64,000 nt of DNA from Somniosus microcephalus. Lineage: Eukaryota. Positions 12,481 through 24,512 of this stretch are shown piece by piece. The notes under the pieces were generated by a model that saw only the letters and a list, made by a program, of their open reading frames with translations, was not told the DNA's origin and ran no database searches. Each line of letters starts with the position of its first letter. The first letter of the stretch is position 1. A program made the translations under genes and the position numbers. The stretch is from the NCBI GenBank assembly GCA_052327205.1, contig CM126223.1, positions 64,790,001 through 64,854,000 on the forward strand, read 5' to 3'.

Positions 12481-12944
12481 TCTCTCCCAAGGTAATGGAC
12501 AATTAGGTGACGTTTAGTTCCCAGTGTGATAGCTGGGGGGGGCGGGGGGGGGGGGGCGGTAGGAAAGAGTTGGATGGAATTGATAAGGAGAGTCCAGGTT
12601 GTATTCATATACCTCCTTTTAGCCAGTTCTGAACACCATTCATGCCCGAGGGCAGGACAACTGCTTGTCCTTGACCACAATTATTGACTTGCCAGTTAAG
12701 TGGTTTAATCAGCCTCAGAAGAAAATTTGACATTCTACATTATTGAAATGTAGGCTATGAGATAACGCAGAAATTGGTGTGGTACAAGGCAGCTCAACAC
12801 TAAGGGGTTGAGATGGTATAAACTGCAAAAGCGAAGCCAAATATGTGAACCCTAAAATGCATTACACCTTTTTAAATACAATTCTATAGAAGAGGTACAT
12901 GTGGAATTTGCTGGAAACCAAGCTTCTGCAGTCAAATCACAGCG

Positions 12945-13380
12945 TCAATCCTCGTCTCAGTGGTAGCACTTTTGCCCGAGTCTGAAGGCCGTGGGTTCAA
13001 GTGCCACTCCAGCACCTGAGCACACAATTTAGGCTGATGCTTCAGTGCAGTACTGAGGGAGTGCTGCACTGTCGGAGTTACCGTTTTTCGATGAGGTGTT
13101 AAACCAAGGCCCCCGTCAACTTCCTCAGACGGTGTAAAAGATCCCGTGGCATTATTCGACGATGAGCAGGGGATTCTCCTGGCCAACAATTATCCCTCAA
13201 ACAACATCACTGAAACAGATTATCTGGTTATTCTCTCATTGCTGCTTATGGGGTCTTGTGCACACATTGGCTGCCGTATTTGCCTACGACAACTACACTT
13301 CAAAAGTACTTAATTGGCTATGAAGCGTTTTGCGAAATCATGAAAGGCATTAATATCACTGCAAGATTTTTTCTTTCTTC
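12945..13380 (+). mobile_element. DeuSINE-type SINE, diverged full-length copy
   Basis: tctcagtggtagcact..gggttcaagtgcca..cagtgcagtactgagggagtgctgcactgtcgga..attggctgccgtattt; same family as 22978. Confidence 0.8.
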
Positions 13381-13427
13381 TAGGACAACCTGCAGTGACA
13401 TTTTATGGGGTTTAACCTTAAGTGATT

Positions 13428-13642
13428 GGGGCAGATTTTGCTGTCAAAATAACAGTGAGGCTAATGGCGCTCTCAGTTATTTGGTTAAATGGTACAGCAG
13501 CTTCAGGCGAGGAGTAGCTGCACGGTTAAGTTTGAATGTCCAAAAGTTGCTGTCCGAGTTGTGCTGCTCTGCCGTTAGCTTTGTGAAATTTTTCCTTTAC
13601 TTTTCAGCAGAGTGGATGCCCTGCTACAGAAAAATCTGGCCC
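13428..13642. mobile_element. Non-autonomous MITE, probably PIF/Harbinger-type
   Basis: Imperfect terminal inverted repeats (TIRs) ggggcagattttgctgt and acagaaaaatctggccc, with 3-bp flanking duplication att (13425-13427, 13643-13645). Confidence 0.55.
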
Positions 13643-14584
13643 ATTGTATTACAAGGAAATGGTATACGCTATGTATATTATGTAATAATGAATATTTAAA
13701 ACTAACCTCGGATCCAAATTATTTGACTTTTTAAAAATAAGTACTTGCTTTTAGTGTTCATAAAGCAGATGCAGTTCATCCCACTGAAATGAGTGAAACT
13801 GAGAATCTTGGTGCCTGTAGAAGAATGAATGTCAATGGGAGAAAATGGATTTTCCTCCTCCTTGACTTTTCCTGTTGTATTAGTGTCAGATTTTACAATG
13901 TAATTGCATTTTCTAAATAATCATGTATTCAATTTAACTGAAGCTTGCATCATTTTACTGCTTTAAGTTGTGAAGCACAGTATAATGAAAACAGTCTTCC
14001 TTACTTGTTGACACAAAGCATACTATATTCTAAAATTCATACATGCAGGATTGAAACTGCTATGCTATGTTTATTTAAAAGTGGGCTTGAAAATTGACAT
14101 GCACTTTGAACATTTTTTTCAAATATTCTGCTATTCACAACAATATTAAACCATCATAGGATCAAATGCTTAAATATCTTGCTTAAAACATCAGAATTTA
14201 TGTTTAGAATTTTTCCTTGAACATTCAAATATCAGCTCAATATCAATCGCTAAAGTAACAACTCATGGTGTAGTTAAATGCTCATTAGTATTAAAAACCC
14301 TTCACAACACATACAGGACCACAGATTCAATACAAGTGGATAATCAAATCCTCAAATACCTCTTTACAATCTAGAAACTTTAATTCTCAAGACACTTCAT
14401 CATTCTAATAGAAAACTGATCTGATCTTAACACCAACCTTCAATATTTTTTTTCAACATAATTACTCAGATGAATGTAAGCTGCATACAGTAATTAGTAT
14501 ACATTGTTTAGTATTTCTCCATATTCCACTTGTTTGAACATTTTTAACTTAACAAATTAAGAATTGAGTATACAGCAAGCATTG

Positions 14585-17500
14585 TGCACAACTGAATGTA
14601 TTTATTTTTCAATACAAATGTACAATAGATGAGTTTACAAGGAAGCCCACCACCACGTTTCCACTACCAGCTACAATAGAGTGCATTTCTAAATGGAATT
14701 AGTTACAATTAGCATTCATTGCACAACAGAAACAATAAGCAGGTCAGTGACTGTCCTTGTTAAATATAACTTTCAGCACTCAATTGTCCAAAAGTGCATG
14801 CTTAATACCAATTGTTTGAGTTATCAGACATTTGGATATTTATTTTTAAAAAACAAAACATTTTGTACCACACATTAGGGCTTAGTAATGGAATATATAA
14901 AATAACAGCGTGAGTTACAAGGCTGGACCCCAGAGGGGTCCCTTCAGAAGGCATTCTAAAACTGTGAAATGCAGTTTATAAACAACATCTGAACCCAGAG
15001 GATTAGATTGTAACTGAACTCACTTCAAGGTATTGGTTTATTTTATAATATATATACAACTTATTTTTGTAAATGAAAAATTAATATTTTAAACTGCTAT
15101 TGGTAGAGTTCCAGTGCCTCAGAGACATGTGCTGCAATGTTACAAGTAGGAATTAATCTCCTTGATGATGTTCCTGCTGTGTCACTAGAGAGTAACTTTT
15201 AGGAGATTATAGAGTAATTCTACATGTCGGTATATATTATAAGTGTTTTATACCATTGCCAAGGTGTAATACTGATTATACAATAGCCTTACTTGTAATA
15301 CTTGGATGGATGGTAGACATCAATACAGCACACACTCCCTTCAGGAGTATTCTGATGTCACAATCAATGGCCTCCTTTGAATACCCTTTATGACAAATTG
15401 GCTATTACTGCATTGAGAAACTGTTAATTTTGCTAGGATTTTCGATTTATTTATTTATTTTAAACACAAGTTTTATTTTAGTGTATATAGTTTATTTAAT
15501 ACATTCTTCATTCCCAGAATACAGATATAAAATTTTATCTACTGCTTTTTTCTTCACACCCCCACCCTCCCTCCCAAAAAGTCAGCAGTTATGGAATGGT
15601 AGGAGGGACTTCCAAGGCAGTAATACAGTGGAGGTGCTCAGCTAATGCGGAGCGTAAACCTTGTATGGTATTTACAAGTTATCAGCTACTACCTGAACCC
15701 ACAAATCATGTTACTGCTTTTAGCTCCCTTGGTTTATAGATTTTCTTAGTGAAAGGTGTACGTTCCTGGTGACTTACCAGTATTCAGAGCTGCCTCAAAT
15801 CCTTATAAAGTGATGTCAGTGAGTATATAAAATCACTGCTTTCCTCAGCGAGATAAGGGGTTGTTATGCTGCATGTGATTCTAGCCTTATCTAAAGGGGT
15901 GTACAGTTATTCACGTGAACAAGAGGCCAATTTCACCCATCCCTGCTGCCAGAGTGCGGCAATATTAAAGAAGCCAAAGGAAACGAGTGCACGACACTAG
16001 TGAATCTCAGTTTGAATAGAAAATATATTTAACATCTTCCAAGTTTCTTTGACTTCGTTAGTTAACTCAAAATTATTTTTTTTAAAGACTGCAAATGAAT
16101 CTGCAGCTTTGGCCCCAGTGTGACTTATCTGTACTGCATCAGTTTTAGTCTGGTCGCCAAACTTTAGCCCCGGCAGGATGCATAGCTGCATACAACATTG
16201 GGAATTTACTGCTTGCTTTGTGCCCCTGTTTAACACAGGACAAGGAATAAATGAATCTATGCTGTCCAGAAGGCACCTTATTTAATCCTATCTTTAAGGT
16301 TGTGACAGTGAAGATTTCCGCGCCTCAGTTCTGAAATGCGTCCGTGACTGGGGGAGGGATAATTTTATATCAATGGATGCACCACCTAGTGTGTGGTGCT
16401 TACAAATTACATTGAAATTAGTTTGTTCCGCTAGTGTTAACTGTCCATTTGATAATTGCTTTGAACCCAAGCATATTTTAAAAACCATAAAATGGGTTAA
16501 GGCATTCTAAATAGTAATGTTCTGGAAGAAAATCTATAGCTTATATGAAACTTTCATTTCAAAATGCAGCATTTCATGACTTCTGCTGTAAACAAGACTT
16601 GATACTTACAGAATCAAACAAAAACGGACTGGAGTGAAGGCAACGCTGTACAATAGATCAACTGTCCACAGGATATTAGCATTACAAACTAAAGAGAGTC
16701 TGCATTAGGCAATAACGAGACGTAACCATGAATGTCCGCACAAGGCCATAACGTTTGATCCTTCCCCTTGCTGTCTGCAAATTTCCCAGCAGCAGCTTTC
16801 ACATAAAGCAACAAAAGGCTGTTACACCAAGTTGAACCGTGCCATTTATTGTGTCATTTAATACCTTCCCATGCCATTCTGAGCCAGCCTTTATAAATGC
16901 CCTAGGCCACAGTCTAAATATTACTGTATCGTGTCAAATTAACAAGACATTTGAGACAGTACAGAAAAACAAAGTTTAATTCTCTGACTGCACTGCATGC
17001 TCTGTCTGTATTGTGCCCTGCAACAGCTTTTTCCTAATTCTGTATTTTCCTCATTGAACTAGCATTATTGTAGTGTTCCTTTGTGATCCACTGAATCCAG
17101 GCAAGAACAGACACAGTCACCAGCACATTTTACAATGTCAGTATATCTTTCAGTACTAAGGCTTCCAAAAGCTCAGGCTTTGATGAGCACTTTATCAAAT
17201 GAAGAACAAGTAAAAGGATTCACAATGTTTCCATGTTCATTCAACAAATGACTTTTGCCTTTTACACTTAACGTAAGCTGAATTCAGCTACTGAATCTGT
17301 CTAGTGCCGTCAATGTAGTGGTTTTAGTTACTCCAGTTACATAATTAAATTGTAAGATTACAGAGTGATAAAAAGTCCTCGCGTTTAACATTATTAAACT
17401 ACGCACATTTACTAGTTTTGTTTTTATATACAAAACAGCACCCCAATACTGTATGCCTGGGACTTCAATTAAGGCTAGAAAAAAAATTTAAAAGCTGTGC

Positions 17501-19369
17501 AAGTGTGCATACCTCATATTACAGAAGAATCTCATCTATCCAAGTTTCTTCCAAGTTATGGACTGCAAAGTCCTTCCCTAATAACCATTCCCTTTGGATC
17601 AAAACAGTTTTCCGACATTCGAAAAAAGTTGCGACTCGAGCAACCCAATTTGATTTCCATCTCTCTATTACCTTGTGGAGCAATTTATCAACATTTTTTC
17701 TTCAAAATCTGATTTGTGTTTGTCTCGGCTCATAAAATAAACATTGCCACTTAACTGCTTTGCACTCAGGATTTTCTTATTGATAATCAATTTTCCCAAT
17801 ACCACAAAGCCCCGTGGCTGTGGCTCACAACTGCATGGCAAGCAATTAGTTAACATAAGGGTGTTGAAAAGATTAGGTTATATCAATTCACAAACCTGCA
17901 TTGCCTGTGCTATTCAGAAATTAAAATCCTCTGCAGTTACTATACAGTGTTCCTTTCACGGTACAGCATCGAATGTCAAGTCAATGCAAGACAAATGCTT
18001 GAGATGGTGCTTTTTCCTTGTAAAAAAGAGTTTTTGGGAATCATAAACATATGGCCATTTAATTTTCATAAATAAAAGAAAATGAAACAATGGATCTTCA
18101 TTCTTATTCCAAGAGTGAGAACGAGCATCATAAAAATCTGATTTTAGTCTTGTGTAATAATGGTCAATCTTCTCCACTCACTCCAATAACATTTACCTTC
18201 AGCAGCCATGAAGAATGCTGGAAACTGAAAGTGCCCCCACTTTCGGTGCCCAAGGGTAACATGGGAGCCATGTGTCTAAAGGACTATTACTGCACCCATC
18301 AGTTACTGTAATATGGCCCAAGAAAATATTGGTTTCTGGATTCAGTACTTGATGTACACTGGGTGTTAGAGGATAGTGTTCAAACTTTTAAACTATGAAG
18401 GACGTCCAGTACAACTGATTGCTATGGTCAAGTAGCATTTGGAGCCATTGCACAGTAATTAATTCAGTAAACTATCAATGAACTTACACTCCTACACAGA
18501 TTCATGACCCTTGGACCGGTCAATGTGGAAAAATAGTGCCACTAATAAAGCAAAGCGTGAAGACTACATTACTATGGGGTACAACTGTTCAACAAGATTC
18601 AACTGTTATAAGGCATACAATGCACAAAGATGCAATGGTACTGATGGTTGCCAGTTACAGTCACAGGTTCACAGTATTCTATACAAAAAAGGCACCCCAC
18701 TACTAGTATTTTTTCCTAATGGTTTTTAGAACATCCATTGTTCTTCAGCCTCAGTTGATGGCAAAATGGATCGTCAGTGAGTAACCCATTGATAGTCCAT
18801 ATTAAACTTGGTGGTCTCATACAAGAACTATCAGCAATTTTCCAAGGTGTGGCTTTACTGTTGAAATGATTTGCTTGCAGCTCTTTTTCATATAACAGTT
18901 ACTGGATGCATGAAGCCTTTGTTGCACTGAAATTTTACATCATAGGATCCACCAATAATGTAGCACTTAGTACATTTGCAAAACAACTTATTTGTAGAAG
19001 AGTCAAGAATTCCAGTGTAACATAACCCGATGGTCGAGAAAGTAAATATTCACATCTTGCCAAAATGTCAGAAGTCGAAGGTCATTGGCCATCACCACGT
19101 TGCGACTTTTTGCTTTGGCCGTGTCATTATATAGTGGTAGTAATTCTGGTTAACTATTACTGCGGAGTTCTACCACAAAATTGGAAATTTAAACTTTCCA
19201 GAAGCTTTCAATCTATTGTGAAAGCTGAAACGATCTATTGCAGAAAAAAAATCCACAGTACTTGAATGAGAATATGTACAGGGATTTCAGTTTGCTTTTG
19301 AAGAAAGATGCAGCTCTTTAGTCTCCCAAACGTACTCCAAAAAAGGAATGTGAATGAAGTGCTTTACCG
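14585..19369 (-). other. GIT1: Putative long GIT1 3' UTR (about 4.8 kb if the distal poly(A) signal is used)
   Basis: Follows the GIT1 stop; AT-rich with no recognisable transposon. Minus-strand AATAAA at 14601-14606, with further candidates near 15040 and 16850. The actual end is not provable from sequence. Confidence 0.45.
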
Positions 19370-19582
19370 TCATTGCTTTTTCTCCCGGGTTGTTATGGTA
19401 ACCAGTTGCTTGGCTGCCTTGGCAATGTCATAGGCACACTGGATGACTTGCTGCGTGAGCAACTGAATGTCAACAGGTGCGCCTGGCTCTGGTGGAATTG
19501 TTTTCCTGCACTCACATTGCAGTCGGAAGGCACTCGCGTTTAGCAATCTCAAAGAGCACCGAACTGTGTCCAGGGCAGGTTT
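19370..19582 (-). CDS. GIT1: GIT1 terminal coding exon (paxillin-binding/FAT-like domain)
   Basis: Acceptor gatcag|; 213 nt. KPALDTVRCSLRLLNASAFRLQCECRKTIPPEPGAPVDIQLLTQQVIQCAYDIAKAAKQLVTITTREKKQ*. The TREKKQ ending is GIT1-type (GIT2 ends TKENNN). Confidence 0.97.
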   Translation of the reverse strand, partial: KPALDTVRCSLRLLNASAFRLQCECRKTIPPEPGAPVDIQLLTQQVIQCAYDIAKAAKQLVTITTREKKQ

Positions 19583-20302
19583 CTGATCATTTAAAAAAAA
19601 ATACAAGTTAGAAAACTCTAAATTGCAACACCAGCAGTACCTTCAGAGCTACAAGTTTACAAATCTAAATTTTCCACATTGAGCCAGAACAAATGACTTG
19701 CCTTTTACACTTAACATAAGCTGAATTCAGCTACTGAATTTACCTAGTGCTGAAAAGTATTGGTTACTCCAGTTACATAATTAATTTGTAAGGTTGCAGA
19801 GTGATAAAAAGTCCTTGTGTTTAACATTATTAAACTGCATGCACTTACTAGTTTTGTTTCTAGCAAACAAATAGGAGTACTCCTGCTCCTCTCAGCTGTA
19901 CATTCAGGTAAGTTGCGTACCTTCTTGATTGGCAGGCGATCCCTAGGCTTGGGGTCCTCGAGTGCAGCCAGTGATGGTGCTGGCTGCCTCAGGGCAAACT
20001 GATCTTGGAGGGAACCTCAAACAGGCACTGGGCCATTTGCAAAGGGACCAACGTCTGCTTCAGGCGTGAGTAAAGGACACCTCGTTTATCCTTAGCCAAT
20101 ATGGCGGGCAGTGCACTTATGAATGTGCGCACGCTTCCTGCCTGCCATATTGTGGCCTTAGTAGTCCGAGTAGCACCTGAAAAAAAGGGTGCTGCACAGG
20201 CCAATTTCTAGGCCCAAGTGTCTTCAAGTGAAGTGGGGTTAAACTGTGGGGGTTAATTTTAAAGTCATATATTTATTTTGTCCTCATGTTTATACATTAC
20301 CG

Positions 20303-20449
20303 TTATAAATTCCTTGGTCAACATTTATAATGGAAACTGATGTAAACTGGTTATGCTTCAGCGCACCCATTGGCGGGAGGGTGTAATTACAGCAGGACAA
20401 GTTTGCAATAGGCAGTTTCCATTTTAAATGTGGACATAGGAATTTATAA
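20303..20449. repeat. Imperfect 37-bp inverted repeat with 73-nt spacer
   Basis: ttataaattccttggtcaacatttataatggaaactg (20303-20339) versus cagtttccattttaaatgtggacataggaatttataa (20413-20449); 4 mismatches. Confidence 0.75.
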
Positions 20450-20539
20450 TGGAAAAGGTTGACAGGAAATGCACGCAGACTTAATTAAAAAATATATATA
20501 TATTATGGATAGAAATGAATCCCTTAATGTTAAGTTTAA

Positions 20540-20930
20540 TGTCAGCTTGGCCGAGTTGGTAGTGCTCCTACCCGAGTCATATGGTTGTGGGTTCAAGCGC
20601 CTCTCCCAGACTGGAGCACGCAATTTAGGCCGACTGGGGGAGTTCTGCATTGTCTGGCTCTAAATGGGGACCATGTCTACCTGTGCAGCTGGATGCAATA
20701 GATCCCCATGGCTCTATTTGAAGAGCAGTTCAGGCCAACATTCCTCCTTTAACCAATGCCGCTAAAAAAAGATTAACTGATTATTCATCTGATTTGTTGT
20801 TTGTGGAACCTTGCTGTGTACAAATTGGCCGCCTCATTTGCCTACATAACACAGTAACTACACGTCAAAAAATAGTATTTAATTTTCTATGAAGCTCTTT
20901 GGGGTGTTCTGAGGATTTAAAAAGTTCTTT
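20540..20930 (+). mobile_element. DeuSINE-type SINE, old degraded copy
   Basis: gtcagcttggccgagttggtagtgct..gtgggttcaag..tgctgtgtacaaattggccgcc. Confidence 0.7.
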
Positions 20931-20987
20931 TTTGTGATTAGATTTCCTAACTCCCTGCTCCATTCCTCAAGTGATGCGTTGGGGTGG

Positions 20988-21400
20988 TGGGGGGGATTTT
21001 AACCTCCAAGGTCGGGTGGGTTGGGGGAAGTTAAAAATTTTAAATTCTGAAACCTGATCCCAACCCGCATCCTTCAGGTTTTAACGGAGGCTAGTTCAGG
21101 GGGCAACCAAACCCCCTTCAGCGGGCGAGTCGGTCAGAAAAATCTTAAGGAGGCCGCGTGTCTCCATTTTAACTGCATTAAAATTTTTAATCCATGGAGG
21201 CCGGGTTTCCCAGGGCTCGGGAATCTCGGCAGGTCAAAGGAGGTGAGAAGGGCCGGATCGATGAGGCAAGTGCATTTACAACACTGCTTGTGGGCCAGGA
21301 GGAGCAGGAGTGTTTCCTCCAGGCCCAACAAGCAAACCTTGCTAGACACCACAACTGCCCCGCCCCGACTCCTCCCCCGCCATCTCCGATGATCTTGCAC
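20988..21400. mobile_element. GC/CpG-rich non-autonomous DNA-transposon fragment, probably Harbinger-related
   Basis: Begins ggggggattttaacc, similar in style to the GGG-starting TIRs of other MITEs in this window; abrupt GC shift; second end not found. Confidence 0.35.
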
Positions 21401-21411
21401 TGAAGACTTAC

Positions 21412-21475
21412 CTTCGGAAAGAGAGAAGCCATTTCAGTGACTGCAGAGTGAATCTTTTCAGAACATGGCACAAAA
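21412..21475 (-). CDS. GIT1: GIT1 coding exon
   Basis: aacag| ... |gtaagt; 64 nt, phase 2/0; (S)FVPCSEKIHSAVTEMASLFPK. Confidence 0.96.
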
Positions 21476-21539
21476 CTGTTAATGAAATAGATAGCAGATT
21501 AGGATTAATTCACTGACCTACACTCAGAATAGTTGGACA

Positions 21540-22750
21540 GTAACATACCATTTATCTTAAATTAATTTATGTTTCTACAAGTGCACAGGTACAGTAGGCT
21601 CAAAGTGCTTAGCAATAGGAGGACAATGAGCAGGAGTACAAAATGGAAAATTGGGAGAGGGCCGGGGTTGAGGGGAACCAAAGTCACAGTTGGAGAGAAG
21701 GGTTTTGTGATGACTTTTAAAACCAGGCAAAAAGGCGGCAAGACAGAGGGAATGGGACAGGTAGTTCCAGCAGCCTTGAGCTTGGTGGCTAAACAAGCAT
21801 TAACCAATGGCAGAATGAAGGGAGTGGGTGTCAAGAAGAAAATCTGTGTCAGGAAAGTAAGGCAGAAGGAGTGTAACTAAGGTAGGATGGGGCAAGGCCA
21901 GGCCATGGAGGGATGATGAGAATTCTGAAGTCAACCTGCTGGAGTATGGGAAGCCAGTTTGGAGAGGATGGGTGGGTGATGGGGAAGTGGGATTTCTGCA
22001 GGCGAGTACACAGGCTGCAATGTTTTGATGGGGTTGAAACTCATTGAAGATTGAGGCTGGGAGCCCAGCTATGGGAGGATTAGAGGAAGTCAAACATCAA
22101 GGTGATGAAGGATGGGGTAAGGGTAGAGGTTGGCAATGTTAAAGTGGAAGAAAAATGTCAGAAGAGTGGATGTGGGAGAAGGAAACTTGGAATTGATTAG
22201 TATATTGAAGTGCCATGTTTCCTGACCCAGCCTGAAGTATAGCCAGGGAGGTTGTTGGGATCAAGGCCAGACACGTGAAGGCGTTGAAGGCAACCAAAAA
22301 GGACATTGAACTAGAATAAATTTTGGCTCATCGGGTCTTGATGGTGGATACAGAGTTGAAGAGTGTAGCAACAGTCTTTGAATCATGGAAGAGGTAGAGT
22401 GGTGGAGCTGGATGATTTTACCACAGGTTAGGATATAGACTTCGAACAAGGGGTGTGGACCAAGGATGGACCGGAGGCCCATCAGAGGTTATCATATAAG
22501 CCGAGAAACCATTAGCGGGAAAGATGTGCCTGCTTTGTGTTGGTATGAGCACAAACAGATGAGACCTGTACCATTGAGGCAGTTGCAGCGAGATACTGGG
22601 AGAGAAAAGAATTAAGGTAACAGGGAGCTCTGGAAGGGTTCGAGAGAGACAGAAAGCCACAGATGTTTGTGAGTTTGACCAATGTTGTCTCAGTGCTGCA
22701 AGTGGTGCAGAAGCCAGATTGCAGGGTCTTGACTAAGGAGTAGTTAGACA
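21540..22750 (-). mobile_element. Degraded L2-type LINE remnant
   Basis: Decayed RT motifs on the minus strand (LQSGFCTTCSTETTLVKLTNI, like QSGFRxxHSTETALxKVxND; SILGPHPLF), with many stops and frameshifts. Confidence 0.6.
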
Positions 22751-22977
22751 TCATTAGTTGCAGTCTGATGGCTGATTTACTACTGTATAGTTACAGTTAG
22801 CAGGGAAAGAGCGGTTTTAAGCTACTGAAACTCTATTAAACATGCCACAAATAGAAAAAATATTTAACTAAATAAAGCATTGTGCCCTAGAGGTTGTTGG
22901 ATTATTTTATCTGTCTGGTCGTGAGTACAGCCAAACGACAGCTTTTTCAATATAATCTTTAATTATTTGTAACTCAT

Positions 22978-23455
22978 ATGAGTCAGCCGTGGCTCAGTGG
23001 GCAGCACCCTCGTCTCGCAGTCAGAAGGTTGTGGGTTCAAGTCCCACTCCAGAGACGAGCACAAAAATCTAGACTGACACTCCAGTGCAGTGCTGAGGGA
23101 GTGCTGCACTGTCTGAGGTGCCGTCTTTCAGAGGAGAGGTTAAACAGAGGCCCCGTCTGCTCTCTCAGGTGGACGTAAAAGATCCCATGGCATTATTTCA
23201 AAGAAGAGCAGGGGGGTTCTCCCCGGTATCCTGGCCAATACTTATCTCTCAATCAACATCACAAAAAACAGATTATCTGGTCATTATCACACTGCTGTTT
23301 GTGGGACCTTGCTGTGTGCAAATTGGTTGCCGCGTTTCCTACATTGCAACAGTGACTACACTTCAAGAAGTATTTAATTGGCTGTAAGGTGCTTTGGGAC
23401 ATCCTGAGGCTGTGAAAGGCGCTATATAAATGCAAGTCTCTCTTTCTTTCTTTTT
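22978..23455 (+). mobile_element. DeuSINE-type SINE, well-preserved full-length copy
   Basis: A box gtggctcagtgg, B box ggttcaagtcc, central domain, and tail gaaaggcgctatataaatgcaagtctctctttctttc. Confidence 0.9.
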
Positions 23456-23480
23456 AACCTACAGTTTACACCAAACTAAC

Positions 23481-23654
23481 CTTTCATGCTTACACTCCTG
23501 TGCTGCTCGCAGAAGCTCCTGGATGTTTTTGGTGACCTGTTCTGTTTTAAGGATTACATCCTCGGTACTGGGAAGGCTTGGATCTAACTCTCCCTCATGC
23601 TCATCATACTCTAGATGGAGATCATCATCCCTTCCCATCTTCCCATCAGCAATA
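23481..23654 (-). CDS. GIT1: GIT1 coding exon (start of the C-terminal paxillin-binding domain)
   Basis: aatag| ... |gttagt; 174 nt, phase 2/2; (G)IADGKMGRDDDLHLEYDEHEGELDPSLPSTEDVILKTEQVTKNIQELLRAAQECKHE(S). Confidence 0.96.
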
Positions 23655-24184
23655 CTATTAAGGAAAAACAAGAGTGGACATAAACACAATATAGTAGAAT
23701 AGCAACCAAAATAGTGCCTAGTGAGTTTTCAGCACATCACCACGTGCATATAGAAATCAGATGCCCGAGAGTGCGTTACAAGGCTGTAACCAGATTGAGG
23801 GTTCAGATCACACCATAAATGGCAATGAGTCACCTGAACCTCAAAAGGCCTAGGCTGTAGCATTTAATAGGTGGTGGTTGCAAGCTGTTGGGTGAGCAAG
23901 TACATACACGAGCAAGTGTCAATGACCAGAGACTTCTGGATACCTCAGTTTAAATTTTAGAAAGCTGCAAAGGTGTGAAGAAGTTCATCTTGCACTGCCA
24001 AATTTATACTTGCCTTCATCAGTCAGGAACTGGTCGATGCTAGAATTTCCAGAAAATAATCAATTACTTTGCATTCTTATAATTGTGTCTACCAAGAAGT
24101 CTTGTAGTTCAACATGAAAGCAGCACAGTCACTGTGTAATGCAATTTATGACACTTCAGGTTTGCACACAGGAGTGCTCGATTA

Positions 24185-24512
24185 CAGGACACTTTCCGGT
24201 ATCCGGCATGGACGGGACCGACGTGGTGCCAGTTCAGCAACAATTCCGGATAACCGAATGCTATAGTGAAAGATACGGACCTTAGAGCTCCGTATGAAGC
24301 AACAAACCCTGTTGCTTAGGCTTCAGAAGAATGTCCACAAGTTGCAAGCATCTCTGTAGCTTAGCAACAGCTGCAGCCAAACCCTTGCCTTCCTCAATTT
24401 GTTGCTGTGCAAGTAATAAAAGTTATAAAAGTTAGCTGAAACTGACTCCTGAATTTTGCCGGTTAACCGACATTTCCGGTTAATTAGGGGCCGGTTAATC
24501 GAAAGTTTCCTG
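24185..24512. mobile_element. Tigger/pogo-type MITE, family A copy 1
   Basis: TA TSDs (24183-24184, 24513-24514); TIRs caggacacttt and aaagtttcctg; interior homologous to 34783, 51180 and 61987. Confidence 0.85.

Noticed and set aside
12535-12557. Poly(G) tract as a functional G-quadruplex (also poly(C) at 29500-29519 and poly(T) at 58036-58068)
   Set aside because: Simple homopolymer runs in or next to transposon remnants; lengths may be sequencing-dependent and there is no supporting context.
22980-23055. tRNA gene suggested by A and B boxes
   Set aside because: It is the tRNA-derived head of a SINE, continuous with the SINE body, and I could not fold a complete cloverleaf; the same applies at 4200-4280, 12945, 20540 and 48250.
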